Part shown: positions 36,636 to 48,407 of the stretch, one piece after another
Layout: each line of letters begins with the position of its first letter
Numbering within the stretch: position 1 is the first letter of the stretch
Origin: Takakia lepidozioides
Taxonomy: Eukaryota; Plantae; Bryophyta
Assembly (NCBI GenBank): GCA_030704615.1
Contig: CM060732.1
Location: 1,674,001 to 1,738,000 of the forward strand
Direction: 5' to 3'
Length of the DNA: 64,000 nt
Notes under the pieces: generated by a model
Told to the model about the DNA's origin: nothing
Database searches by the model: none
What the model saw: only the letters and a program-made list of their open reading frames with translations
Program-made: the position numbers and the translations under genes

Positions 36636-38519
36636 TGTGTGAACGGAGGTCGGGGGTGTTCGGGGTGTGGCAGCGAGGTGTAGTGGGTGAAGATGCAAAT
36701 TGGAGGTGGGTTGCGACTGGTGTGGTAGCGGAGGGAGGCGGTGGGTTGCGGTGGGGTTGGAACCCTGGGAGAGGCGTGGTAGCGTGAAGCGTAGCTGAGA
36801 GGATGTTGGCAGAGAGAAACAGGAATTTGTTAATGATGGTGGAAATGTCTGGATCAGAGGTGGGTGCAGACGCTAAATGATCGCCTATAATTTTGTGTAT
36901 AACTCAGGGACGAGATTGCAAGAGGTTAAGGGACGTGTGGAGATCAGCCAAGCAGTGTGGTGGGGCCAAGTAGTTGCTAGGTTGTGTGGGTAGGTCTTGT
37001 AGGTGATGTAGTAGTGAGATGAGCGGGAAGTCTGGTTAGGTCGTAAGGTAGTCGTTACATTCTTGTGGCAGAGGGGCGATGAGGACAATAAATGAGAAGA
37101 GGAGGTGGTATGGTGGGAAGGCTTGAAGTTTGTGGGAGGTGTGGAAGAGTGCAGGGTATGGGCAGGCTGGGAGGCCAAAGGTGGAGATGTTGTGAGGGGC
37201 AGTCTGTTGGTGTGTAGGCGGAATGGATAGTGATTTGGGGAGGTAGGGGGTGAAGTGGGTAGCAAGATGTTTGTAATTGTGCATAAGAGATAAGGTGTTT
37301 GGTTGGAAGTATAGCTCATAACGATCTTGCGCATTAGCCGAGAGTTGAGTCATGATGTTGGCAATAGTGGGTGGGCCTGGGTTGGGGTGGATGTCCCCAC
37401 ATCGGAGGAGAGTAAGTTCGGTACAAGTGTTATGGTACATGGTATCAGGAGATGGGGGGTGATGATAATACTGTTTAGATTTTAGGGGGTGGTAGGTGTA
37501 TCGTCCATGGGGGCTGTGGGTGATGGTGGAGTTTTTGAAGGGCATGATCGCGGATAGGGTTGGTTGGCGTAGGTTGTAGATATGTAGTGGGATTATGTTG
37601 CAGGGATAGTCATCAGTAGTGACGGTGGAGCTGGTAGGCTGTGATGGGTGGGGGAGGCATATGATGGGAAGTACTGAGGGGATGTGGCGGCTAGGAAGTT
37701 GATGAGGAGGATTGTGTACCTTTGCTGTGCGGCCATGTGAATGTGAAGGGATGTGGATGAGTGTTGGAGTGAAGTATGTTGTATATAGGGGTGATGTGGT
37801 GGGGAGGGTGGCAGGTCATGGGTTCGTGTGTGGCTGATGTTGTGGGTAGGGGTGGATGTTGAGATAGTGTAGGCATAGGGAGAGGGGAGGGGCATTTGGG
37901 GGGTGGGATAAGCCTTGAGAGGATGGGTGAGAAAGTGGATTGGTTTGGCGGTGTAGATGCACGGGTAACTAGTAAGATATGGGGTGGGGGTTATATTAAT
38001 GTTTAATGTGGTAGCTATAAGGTAGGTAGGTGAGTAGCCTGGATGGATGGTACTTGGCAGGGTAACATAATGAGTAATATAGGGTGGGTTGATGGTTGTA
38101 GGTGGTGGGTGGCTAAGGGATGGATGTCGCGAATGAAAGAATGGATGTGTGGAGGGGGGTATCAACGAGCGGTGGTTGTGTGTCCAATAGCGGGAAGTGT
38201 GGTGTACTAGTAAGGGAGAGTAAGGGGCAAAAGACACATTGGGGTGTTGATCAGGGGCCTTCCAGCTTGCGGGGGTGTCGACAGAGGGACATGGGTGGTG
38301 TAGTGTAACGATCAGGTGTTGTAGTGTGTATGGATTGTATTTGGATGGTGTTTGGGTATTTGAGTATTTGGGGGGGATTTTGTAATATGAGTAATTTGAA
38401 TAAGTGGTTGTTTGGATGTGGCTGTTGATGGATGGATGAAAAGCTACGATGGATGTGGATGCCATGGTGTATAATGATTGCATGTGACGTGATTGAAATG
38501 TAATACGTGAAGAATGAGT

Positions 38520-38830
38520 AAATCCAAGAGTGATAGTAAATGATGTGGATAATAGTAAAGTGAGGTAACATTTCCCCACGGTAACCAGTAGTTGCGAATA
38601 TCTTGTAAAAGAGAGTGGTAGTGTGCTGACTGATAGTAAATGAATAAATCCGAGAGTGATAGTAAATGATGTGGGTAGCAGTAAAGTGAGGTAGCATTTT
38701 CCCGAGGTAACACTTTCCCGAGGTAACATTTTTCCGAGGTAACATTTTCCCAATGTAGCATTTTCCTATGGTAGCATTTTTCCAAGGTAGCCAGTAGTTC
38801 CGAATATCTTGTAGAAGAGAGTGGTAATGT
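38520..38830. repeat. Tandem repeats at the LINE 5' end (about 16-bp CCGAGGTAACATTTTC units inside a larger duplication)
   Basis: About 6 units at 38690-38790; block 38520-38625 repeated across 38645-38830. Confidence 0.75.
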
Positions 38831-39260
38831 CGTGAGTAGCAAATGTTTGAGAAATAGCAGGCAAGAGTAGTAATTGTAACATATATCAAGTCTATAGAGA
38901 GATGGTTGGTGAGCTCAATAATAGGTCTGCCACAGCATGGAGAGCCAAGTACACAATAGAACGTATGCAATGTAGTATCAAGACCAGAGACAAGTGCCTT
39001 TGGGTATATCAATTTTGTGGGGAGGTGATTGATGAACTCTTCAGCAGATTGTGTATAAGCTCAACACTACAACGTGCATCGACTCACTTGGGTTGGTGAC
39101 AAGTGTAGAAGTGTTGGGCTGTCGCATTGCACTCTGCATTCGCAGGTTCATAGATAGGTCATTTTTTTTTGTTGCTTACATCACTAGGGCCCAGGGGAGT
39201 GGATATTGGGTAAAGATGAGGGAGGAATAGAACCCTTGGTATACGGTAATCCCGAACACT

Positions 39261-39975
39261 GTGAGTGCCACTGAAACTGTTGGGTGCAACCTATGTGGAC
39301 TGCAATTTTCTTATCGTAAGGATTGGCTGCTCGCTCACCTCGGCTATAGAGGTGTGGAGAGCAATGGGGTGGGATCATGCCCTAAAACATCTATGCGAGT
39401 AAAAAGCCACTTTGCCAAGTGTGGAGGCAATATTCCAATGTTTCTGGATTTGGACACGACCTCTGAGCAGAACACTCCGTCTTCCCGTCAGGATGCCCCG
39501 ATTAGTACCCAAGGCAATTCTTGTGAGGCTTCAGGTGTCTTTGCAGGACAAGTGGGTTGTGCCGGAGCAACACCTGCTTCAACACCTCTTTGTACCCCTA
39601 CACTTCAACGGAGTAGAGGATTATGGCAGCAATCCATGCAGGAAGGCCTTAACTTGTCTGCACAAAGGCAGTTGGATAAAAAATGGACGCAGTTTTTCTT
39701 CAAGGCCAACATATCATTTAATGTGGCAAGGCTTCCGGCATTTGTTTCTGCCGTTAGAGCAACCTCGGAGTCCAGATCCACGTATATGCCTCCTTCTTAT
39801 CACAATCTCCGCACAGGATTGCTAGGAGATGCCATGACTGAGCTTACCCAAAAGGTCAACAATAGGACGGGCGAGTGCATCAGAAAATATGGAAGCACTA
39901 TATGTGCCGATGGTTTGAGTTCTGTTACAAACAAACCATTGTTCAATGTCATGCTTGTATGTCCAGCTGGGGAAC
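39261..39975 (+). mobile_element. hAT-family transposase fragment (BED zinc finger plus DUF659-like region)
   Basis: CNLC...LLAHLG; FFFKANISFNVA; PPSYHNLRTGLL; TICADG..SVTNKPLFNVM. Confidence 0.85.
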
Positions 39976-40283
39976 TCAACGTACCATCTAACAAGTCCCA
40001 GAGTAATATGAGATCAATCGAAATTCGTTCAATGGGCCAATGAGGCGTTCACCTGTGAGGAAAATTTTGTTCATTGCGAGAAAAAAAATCCTACAATGCG
40101 TGCACGACTATTGCACCCATTGAACGGATGTGGTTCAAGCCTATCTTTTACCAAATGTGCTTGAACATGTGCAAAGACACAACAGAAGAAAAAATCATTT
40201 GCCTCCCCATCGACGCGCTCAGCCCTCAACCCATTTGAGAATTTAATTGAATTTAAAATGAATTTGAAGCCAATAAGCAAACG

Positions 40284-40608
40284 AAAATCATTTGGATGGG
40301 CAACCATCCGTTGGCCCATTGAACGAATTTCGATTCATCTCATATTACTTTGGGACCTCTTAGATGGTACATTGAACATACTGGCCAAGTCTGAAAGCGA
40401 ACCAAAATCATTTCGATGGGCAACCATCCGTTGAGCCATCGAATGAATTTCGATTGATCTCATATTAGTCCGGGACCTGATACATGGTATGTTGAACATA
40501 GTGACAATGATTGAAAGCAAACAAAAATCATTTGGATGGGCAACCATTCGATCGCCCATTGAATGAATTTTGTTTCGTCTCATATTAGACCGGGACCTGT
40601 TACATGAT
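40284..40608. repeat. 120-bp tandem repeat x3, with an inverted partial copy at 39975-40042
   Basis: AAAATCATTT(G/C)GATGGGCAACCAT at 40284, 40404, 40524. Confidence 0.85.
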
Positions 40609-40789
40609 ATGCCTTTTGAAGCTCTTTTTGTAGTGTCTCCTGCTTCGTAATGCAGTGCTTCTCCATATCCACTTTATCCAATATGTCGATGTTCTCCACC
40701 TGGAACAGATCCACACACATGTACAAAAATCCTTAAATAACGAAATGACCATCGCAACTTTGATAAGCCGAGCTCTGTTCCTGCATTAC

Positions 40790-40947
40790 TAGAGCTGTAT
40801 CATTGCTCTCTTTACGCTAGTCATTTGGGTGTGGATAAAACTATGAAACGCATACATGAGAAGTACCATTGGAAAGGTTTGAACAAGGATGTTTCTGATT
40901 TCATTGCGAAAGTATGTTCCATACAAAACCAAAACTCTACTGCCTAG
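40790..40947 (+). pseudogene. Integrase zinc-binding fragment of an older gypsy-type element, interrupted by copy 2
   Basis: HLGVDKTMKRIHEKYHWKGLNKDVSDFI. Confidence 0.65.
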
Positions 40948-41960
40948 TGTTAGAGGGTTGTCTGGGACTTAGACAGTTTTACGGGTTCTGTGGGGTACCC
41001 TTAATTTTAGACTTACGGATGGTAGACTCAGACCAACAGAGGCCTTAGGGGTGACAAACACAGGCCTTAGGGGTGGTAGGCAGACTCACACAGTCAGTCA
41101 CGGGCTTACACAGCCTATCACAGTCAGTCACAGCTTGTCACAGCCTGACACAGTCTATCATAGTCTGACACAGCTTGACACAGTCTATCACAGTCAGTCA
41201 CAGTCCAACACAGCCAAACACAGCCCGACACAGCCAGCCACAGTCCGACACAGCTAGTCACAACTCGGCACAGTCACAGCCCGACACAGCTTGGCACAGC
41301 CCGTCACAGCGTTCACATGGAACGGTTATCATTGGCAGGGAACGACTATGTGGGAACGACATCTGCACAGGGAACGTGCATTCTGTCTTGGATGACAGTT
41401 AGTTTATAAGTTAGGCGTTTAGAACAGCTTGCAGGTAGAATAGGCAGAGTAGCAACATGGAGAGGGTCACTTCTTGGAGATCACTTCTTGGACATCACTG
41501 GGGGAGATCAGGCAGAGAGCACAATCTTGGAGCACATGGATGGAGATTACACAGAGGAGGAGATACGACAAGATGATGCTTGATTCATGCAAGCTATAGA
41601 GATGCACTGTAGAGCAGATTAGAGATACCATGGCTTCGGCCTGATACTTGATAGATATTAATCTGATACATATTTCATACTCACACTGTGTAGAGAGACC
41701 TGAGTGAAGCTATGGAATGAATGATTGGGTAGATGGAACATGGAAGATTGCAGAAACAAACTGATACTTAATCATAGATAATAAGATAACTTGCTAATAT
41801 GAATGCGAGAAGGAATACAAATAGGAAGCACCCCCATGATACACTAGTTGTAGGTCATGACTGATTGTTCTGAGCGGAGTGCTTAGAGAATTCCAACTCT
41901 TCTATCTTGGAGTTTCCACCTCGGATAGCTAAGGGATGGGTGAGTAAAAGCCGCTCGACA
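40948..41960 (+). repeat. 5' LTR of gypsy copy 2
   Basis: TGTTAGAGGG...CCGCTCGACA followed by TT and TGGCGACC. Confidence 0.9.
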
Positions 41961-44900
41961 TTTGGCGACCATACTGGGGAACTGAGGCAAAAACAACCAG
42001 ATGTGACAGGATCTGGTGGGATCATGGTGGATGGAAAATCAAGGAATGTGAATCAAATTCCCTGTGAAATTGAGAAAGAAAGATTGTCCAAACAATTCTT
42101 TCAGAGGTTCTTGGAATTGCCAGATGGTTGCAAAGAAAACATTCTGAAGAGAGTGCATGATGCTGATCCAGAGTGGGGTTTTGGAGAAAGGAGTGATAAG
42201 GATTTATCAAGTGGCCTGTAGAGGGAGAGCAAGTTGGTTACCAACACTTGTTTATGTGATAACATTGTTATCCATTAAACGAGTGAAGTTTGAAAGTTGG
42301 GAGGAACGGAAAGTGAATGTTTACACTCACATGCATGAAGAACTTGTATTGGTAAAGAATTGGATTCCTAAGGATATCCTGTGGATCAAACTTACACCAA
42401 GAATAGCTTTTCAGACGTGCTTGCCATATGGTTATATAGTAACGGAGCCTTCTAGTACAGCCAAGGGTGCATTAAAGCTTGAAAGAAATCCAGGCATATA
42501 CGAGAGATACTACAGAAGAGAGTTTTGGTTATTGCCTCATTAAAGATATGAAAACATGGGACATGAATGATGAAAGAGAAGCTAGACTCCACAGATATTC
42601 AACAAAAAGATAAAGTTATTTGAAAGCTAATTATCCATATCTCTGGGAGAGAGGAATAGACATAGGGGAATCATCTAGACCTCTCACACCATTAAGACCA
42701 AAGAGTACATCACCCATACCGGAAGAACTAGAGTTGGATGCCACTCATTCTTATTCTTTACAAGAAAGATTAAGAGATTTGGTACAGGAAGAAGATCAGC
42801 CACGAGGGGAAAGATCTGAGGTACATCCCTGGATTAAAGATTTGACAGAAATCTTTGATTGGCATGGAACACCAAAAGCAGAAACTCCAGTTTCTGAAGC
42901 ACAAGACAAAGAAGGAGAGGATGATGTGGCAGAGCCAACAGAGAGTTCAGACTCTCCAACACCACTTCAGTTGAGTTATATGAGTGAGGAAGAAGAAATC
43001 CAAGAGAAGAACTTGGAAGATGAAAACAAAGAGAAGAATTTGGAAGATAAAGAGTATGAAGAAGTAGACCCAACAGTTGAGGTTGAGACTACAACCAGGA
43101 CATCCCAACCTGTTGGACCTGGATCAAGTGGAGCACTTGGATCACAGGCCAACAAAGGTGTCGGCTCAGGGGGATCAGGCGGGCAGCTTGGATCTGGCTC
43201 TGGGGGGACAAGGAGTGTGGGAAGTAGTGCAACTGAAGCTGGGAATACTGTAAGTACAAGAGGGCCAGTAGCATGGAGTGCTCAGGGGCCAACACCATGT
43301 GGGAGTTCCACCACTACAACAGCAGGTCCTGAAGGACCAGCACCTATCAGAGGGTAGGGTGTAGGGCCACAGATGGCGGTACCTCCAACACGGGCAAAAC
43401 CACCTTTTCCAATATATGCAGGAAAAGGGGATCCTGATGTACACATCAGCCAATTTGAGCATATGTGTATTGTGAACAATGAGAATGGCGATGATGCCAA
43501 GATGAGACTGTTTCCTTATTCACTTATCAAGAAAGCAAGTGAATGGTATGCAAGGTTTCCTAATAATCATTTCCTAACCTGGAATGGTCTTAGTACAACA
43601 TTCCAAAACAGGTTCAGGACAATCAAAACTGAGGATGAAGTGTATGGGAGTTTACAACAGTTGAGGCAAAAGAAGCATGAAACTGTTGAAGAATATATGG
43701 AAAAGATGGAGTTGATGATGAAAAAACTGGCTGCTGTACCAGCACCAGGATTACAGAAGACTTGGTTTGTGACTGGACTAAGACCTGAATTACAAAAGAA
43801 AGTGGATATGTTACCTCATAATACAGTGGAGGAGGCATTCGAAACAGCCAACAAAATTGAGCAATTGGGAATGCTCAGGAGAGATAAAAGGAAAGATAAG
43901 GACTCCGAAGATGAGTCAGATGAGGAAGAAGAGCAAGATCTCAGGAGGAAGAGCAAGAAGAAGGAAAAGTTGAAGAGGGACACTATGAGAAAAGACTGGA
44001 AGAAATCTTGAAAAAATACGCCATAGAAGCTGCAACACATTGGAGGAAGGGTGTTTGGTGTGCAAAATGCCAGAATGAAGGCCATACCACAGCTAAATGC
44101 CACATGAAGGAGAAACACTGTACTATCTGTAAATGGATAACCATTCTACTGAGAATTGTTATTACAACCGAAGGACAGCTGCAAGAGAACCTAGGCAAAT
44201 GAGGGTGCATCAAGTGCAACCTCAGCCAAGGAGAAACAATGATCAGGACCACTATGGTAGGCCTGGTGGATATAACAATGGTATGGCAAGAAGAGGTAAT
44301 CCAAGAGGGAATTACCAAGGCAACCCCAGAGGCAACTATCAGGGTAATCCAAGGGGGAATTACCAGCTAGGGAATCAGGATTATAGAAATAATCCCAGAA
44401 TAGACCAAGGGCGAGGACCCAATGGTGAGGAACTGTGTTACTATTGTAACCAGACAGGACATCGCAAAGCAGTCTGTCCATTCTGGATCAGGCACCAGAA
44501 TGAGATGAGAGCTCCTGTGAATGAAGGCCCATTAGTGGTAGCTCACATGGTTATGCCATGTTTTGTACCAGAAGTAAGTAAAATGATAGTTACCAGAAGC
44601 AAAGCTATACTAATACCTCCAGTGGACGAGGAAGAAGATGTTAATGAAGATGGCAGTGATGTGCTTGAAGATGATGAGGCTTGGAGAGATGAGAAGGAAC
44701 TGCACAAGGAAGTGGCTGATACCATAAGGGAAATGCAGAAGGATACTGATATCTCTATGGCAGATTCTTCTAACTCTGAAAGAGAAGATAAAGAAGGTGA
44801 AGAGGAAGTGAAGCAAGAGGCTTCACAGGTGCAGGATAATGAAGGGGCTTTGGCGGAAGTAATATGAGATTACAATTGGGCAGCTATTGGCTGTGGCACC

Positions 44901-46470
44901 CCATGTAGACACATGTTGTATCAAGCAATCAATCCGATTGCTCATGTGACGGAGAATACAAACCTGAACAGCAAGGTGACATGTGAAGCCTGAAGGGCGA
45001 GAAACAGTCATGGATTTTGATGATTCCATGCCAGTAATCCAATTGAGAATTGGAAGTACAGACCTGACTGATGTACTGATAGATGGAGGTTCGGGAGTGA
45101 ATATCATGACAGACCAATTAAGGCAGAAGCTTGGACTGAGTAACATGAAACCAACCCCATTCACAGTAATAATGGCAGATCAAAGGAGTGTACAGCCATT
45201 AGGCTTGATAAGAGGAGTTAAGATACAGATTCAGAAGATGATTTTTAAGATCACAGTGACTGTGTTAAAAATGGATGATGTCATGGAAGCTTACTCCTCA
45301 AACTGAGAGTTTGTGTGAACTATAAGAAGTTGAATGATTGTACAGAGAAAGATCCATTTCCTTTGCCATTCACAGAAGCTGTACTGGACACTGTGGCAGG
45401 CCATGAGATGTACTCATTCATGGATGGTTTTAGTGGGTATAACCAAGTACAAGTAGCTGAAGAGGATCAAGGGAAGACAACTTTCATCACAGACTGGGGT
45501 GCTTATGCATACAAAGTCATGCCTTTTGGACTTTGTAATGCACCAACAACTTTCCAGAGAGTGATAAGTGAATCTTTCCATGAGTATCTGGATGATTTCA
45601 TGCAAGTGTTCTTAGATGACTTTAGTGTGTACAGCTCTAAGAATGAGCACTTGCAGAAGTTGGAGCTATGTTTGGCCAGATGCAGGATGAGAGGACTTGG
45701 TCTGAATCCAGAAAAGTGTACTTTCTGTGTGAACTCAGGGGTACTACTGGGACACATTATGTGTAAGAAGGGACTGCTTGTGGATCCTAGAAAGACTGAG
45801 GCCATTAAAGCATCCCCACCAGTAAATGTTAAGGCTCTAAAGAGATTCCTTGGACAAAACAGCTACTATAGAAGGTTTGTCAGGTGGTATGCACAGATGG
45901 CAGCACCATTGAGCAAGCTTTTGAAGAAGGATGCAGTGTTTGCATGGACAGCTGAATGCCAACAGGCATTTGAGACACTTACAATGTCAGTAACAACTAC
46001 ACCTGTGTTGATTAATCCTCACTGGCATGTGGTATTTCATGTACACTGTGATGCCTTGGGAGAAGCATTGGGGGCTGTGTTAGCCCAAAATGTCATAGGA
46101 AACATAGATTCACCTGTGTACTATGCTAGCAGATTGTTGAACAGTGTTGAGAGAAACTATAGCACTACTGAAAGAGAAGCTTTGGCAATGATTTAAGAAG
46201 GTAAATTGAAGACTTTTTAAGACAGGTGATTTGATACTGTGGTTGCAGAAGAAGGGAAAGATTAAAGCTTCTAAGCTTAAATCACCATGGAAAGGACCTT
46301 ATGTCATACAGAAGAGATATAGTGGTATCCATGATAGAGCATTGCAGCATGATTTGCATCTTGAAACACAGATGCAGTCACAGACTACACCGGTAGCACC
46401 AGCGGAGCATGGAGCACTTGTCATAAAGCCGAATGTGTGTGGCCATAGCAGAGAACACAAGTGTTCACAC
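40948..46470 (+). mobile_element. Ty3/gypsy copy 2 (same family as copy 1), with internal deletions and no 3' end
   Basis: LTR 40948-41960, PBS 41963-41980, upstream ORF, gag, PR, RT/RH; deletions near 45300, 46195 and 46318 relative to copy 1. Confidence 0.93.
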
Positions 46471-46479
46471 AACCATCAC

Positions 46480-47420
46480 AACCCATGGGTTGGCCTTGAC
46501 CTTGTCGGACCTCTCAAAACCACGACTAAGGGCAATAGTTACATTGATGTGGCTACTGATTACCTGTCTAAGTGGATTGAGATCCGCCCGTTGGTTGCTA
46601 AGGACAATGATGAAGTGGTTCAATTCTTCTTTGATGAAATCATGTTACGGCATGGTTATCCCCTTGAAATTCTAACTGACCAGGGCACTAAATTTTGTAA
46701 CCAGTTGATGGAGGTTGTCTGTTTTAATTTAGATGTCAAGCATCGCTTGACTGCTCCCTACAACCCTCAATGCAATGGGCTCACTGAACGCTTTAACAAG
46801 ACCATGTGCCAGCTTCTAGAGAAAAATGGGGCACTGACTGAAGAGTGGGATGTTACTCTACTTATCCTCATTTTTGCTTACAGGACATCAGTGCATGCCA
46901 ACACTCGCTTCTCTCTTTTCGAGTTATTTTATGGATGCAAAGCTCGGACACCACTGCATGTGCCAGTGCTTCAGGCACAGGTTGAGGAGCCCGTGATTTG
47001 GGAAGATTTTCTAACTCGTCTTACTACTTATAGGTTAGGATTGCTTGAATTTGCTAAACATAATATACAAGTGTCACAGGTGGCTTAGGCAAGGAACTAT
47101 AATCGGAGGGTTGTGTACTCTGAGAGCTTTGCTCCTGGGCAGACTGTGTGTGTTCGTTTGCAGCTCGACAAGTAGGTGACTAAGTCCAAGATGAGGATAG
47201 ATGGGCCTTACTTGATACATGCAATCTTACAGGGAGGCAGTACTGACTTTTTCCCCAACATCCTTCTACGGCCAAAATTTGCAGGCACTGTGCATGTATC
47301 TCAGCTGGTTCCTTCCAAGTTGCAGTTCGACCTCACCTGCATCAATGTGGAGAATCGCCATATAATCTTGACTCCCCGCAAGCGTGCTCGTTTGGACACA
47401 GACACTCGGGCAGAATAGAT
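46480..47420 (+). pseudogene. Integrase catalytic core of the older gypsy-type element
   Basis: PWVGLDLVGPL, ATDYLSKW, LTDQGTKF, YNPQCNGLTERFNKT; sequence differs from the copy-1 integrase. Confidence 0.8.
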
Positions 47421-47665
47421 AGTGGTGACATTGGTTTTTGTTTGGCTTTGCCTTGACATTTGAGTCACATTTTGATTTATAGCTCAAAGTTTTCACACTC
47501 CAGGAGATGTGGTTTTTCCCCAGAAGGGTTTTGTCCTTCGCTCAATTTGCAGAGCAAGGTTTTCCCTTCTGAGGTTTTTTCATCCCATCTTCGTGAAGCT
47601 CTTGATGCTTTGTCTTAGTTTTTCTACTGGAGCTCGCACCTTCGTGTGCCAGGAGGTTTTGCATA

Positions 47666-48110
47666 TGTGACGATTGGATTCCACCTACCTAGATATTCCT
47701 TTATTGCGATGGATGTAGATGATAAGAGTGGATGTAGATGATAAGAGCGGATGAAGCACCGTGATGAAAAGCTAAGATGAAACGCCGCTGGCTAGTCTAT
47801 TAATAAAAGAGCTTGTCTTATGTCAACAGCTAGATTATCCCTAAGATAGGTGATGTGGCATCCTAGCTGGATGAACAAGCCTGTTGAGATAAGATCATGG
47901 CCTTTGGATTATAAAATGGATCAACTGGAAACCTAAGGGATCAGTGTGGATGGTTGGATGAACGGAGTTGTCATTCGTAGGAATCAGGTTCCTCTGTGAT
48001 AGATCCCTTCTACCTCGCATGATGGTTCTACGAGTATACTTCCCTCATTTAGCACTAACCCGTAAAGGACGTGGAATAACCCGGGTGTGCGAGAACCTGG
48101 TTTTACAACA
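47666..48110 (+). repeat. Putative 3' LTR of the older element
   Basis: TG...CA bounded, downstream of the integrase, contains GGATG-rich short repeats; no second copy in the window. Confidence 0.35.
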
Positions 48111-48407
48111 CTCTTAACGAATTTGATTATTTTGAAAACATCACCATTGCCAATAATCTGTCAGTGCATGTTGCCTGCTGGAACGTTAGAGGGGAGTGCC
48201 TGCCCCTAGGAATGGTTAGGGGCTCAGTGTGGTCTCACCAGGCTCACATAACACTTTTAAAAGAGACGTAATTTTGGGGTAAAATCACAGACAGTCTGGC
48301 TACTCTCCATTGTTCCCTTAGATTTTCTTTCAGTGCACACCTTCCCAGTGCTTGTAATTCTTGTAGCCTACATAAGGTGGGAAATTCATGAATCAGAATT
48401 GTAGATA

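Larger units (their letters stand above)
31560..38830 (-). mobile_element. Non-LTR retrotransposon (LINE, Dualen/RandI-like domain order): 2A-like, APE, RT, chromodomain, MTase-like, RNase H; degenerate
   Basis: APE (TTWNV, IQET, LVGDFN, SDHYPV), RT (NYRPIAL, QGDTLSP, YADDL), RNase H (YTDGS, KVRAHTGIRGNEAAD); strongly C-rich sense strand. Confidence 0.85.

Noticed and set aside
37593-39012. Long H/P/T-rich ORFs as real genes
   Set aside because: Explained by C/A-rich strand bias and tandem repeats at the LINE 5' end; no recognisable domain
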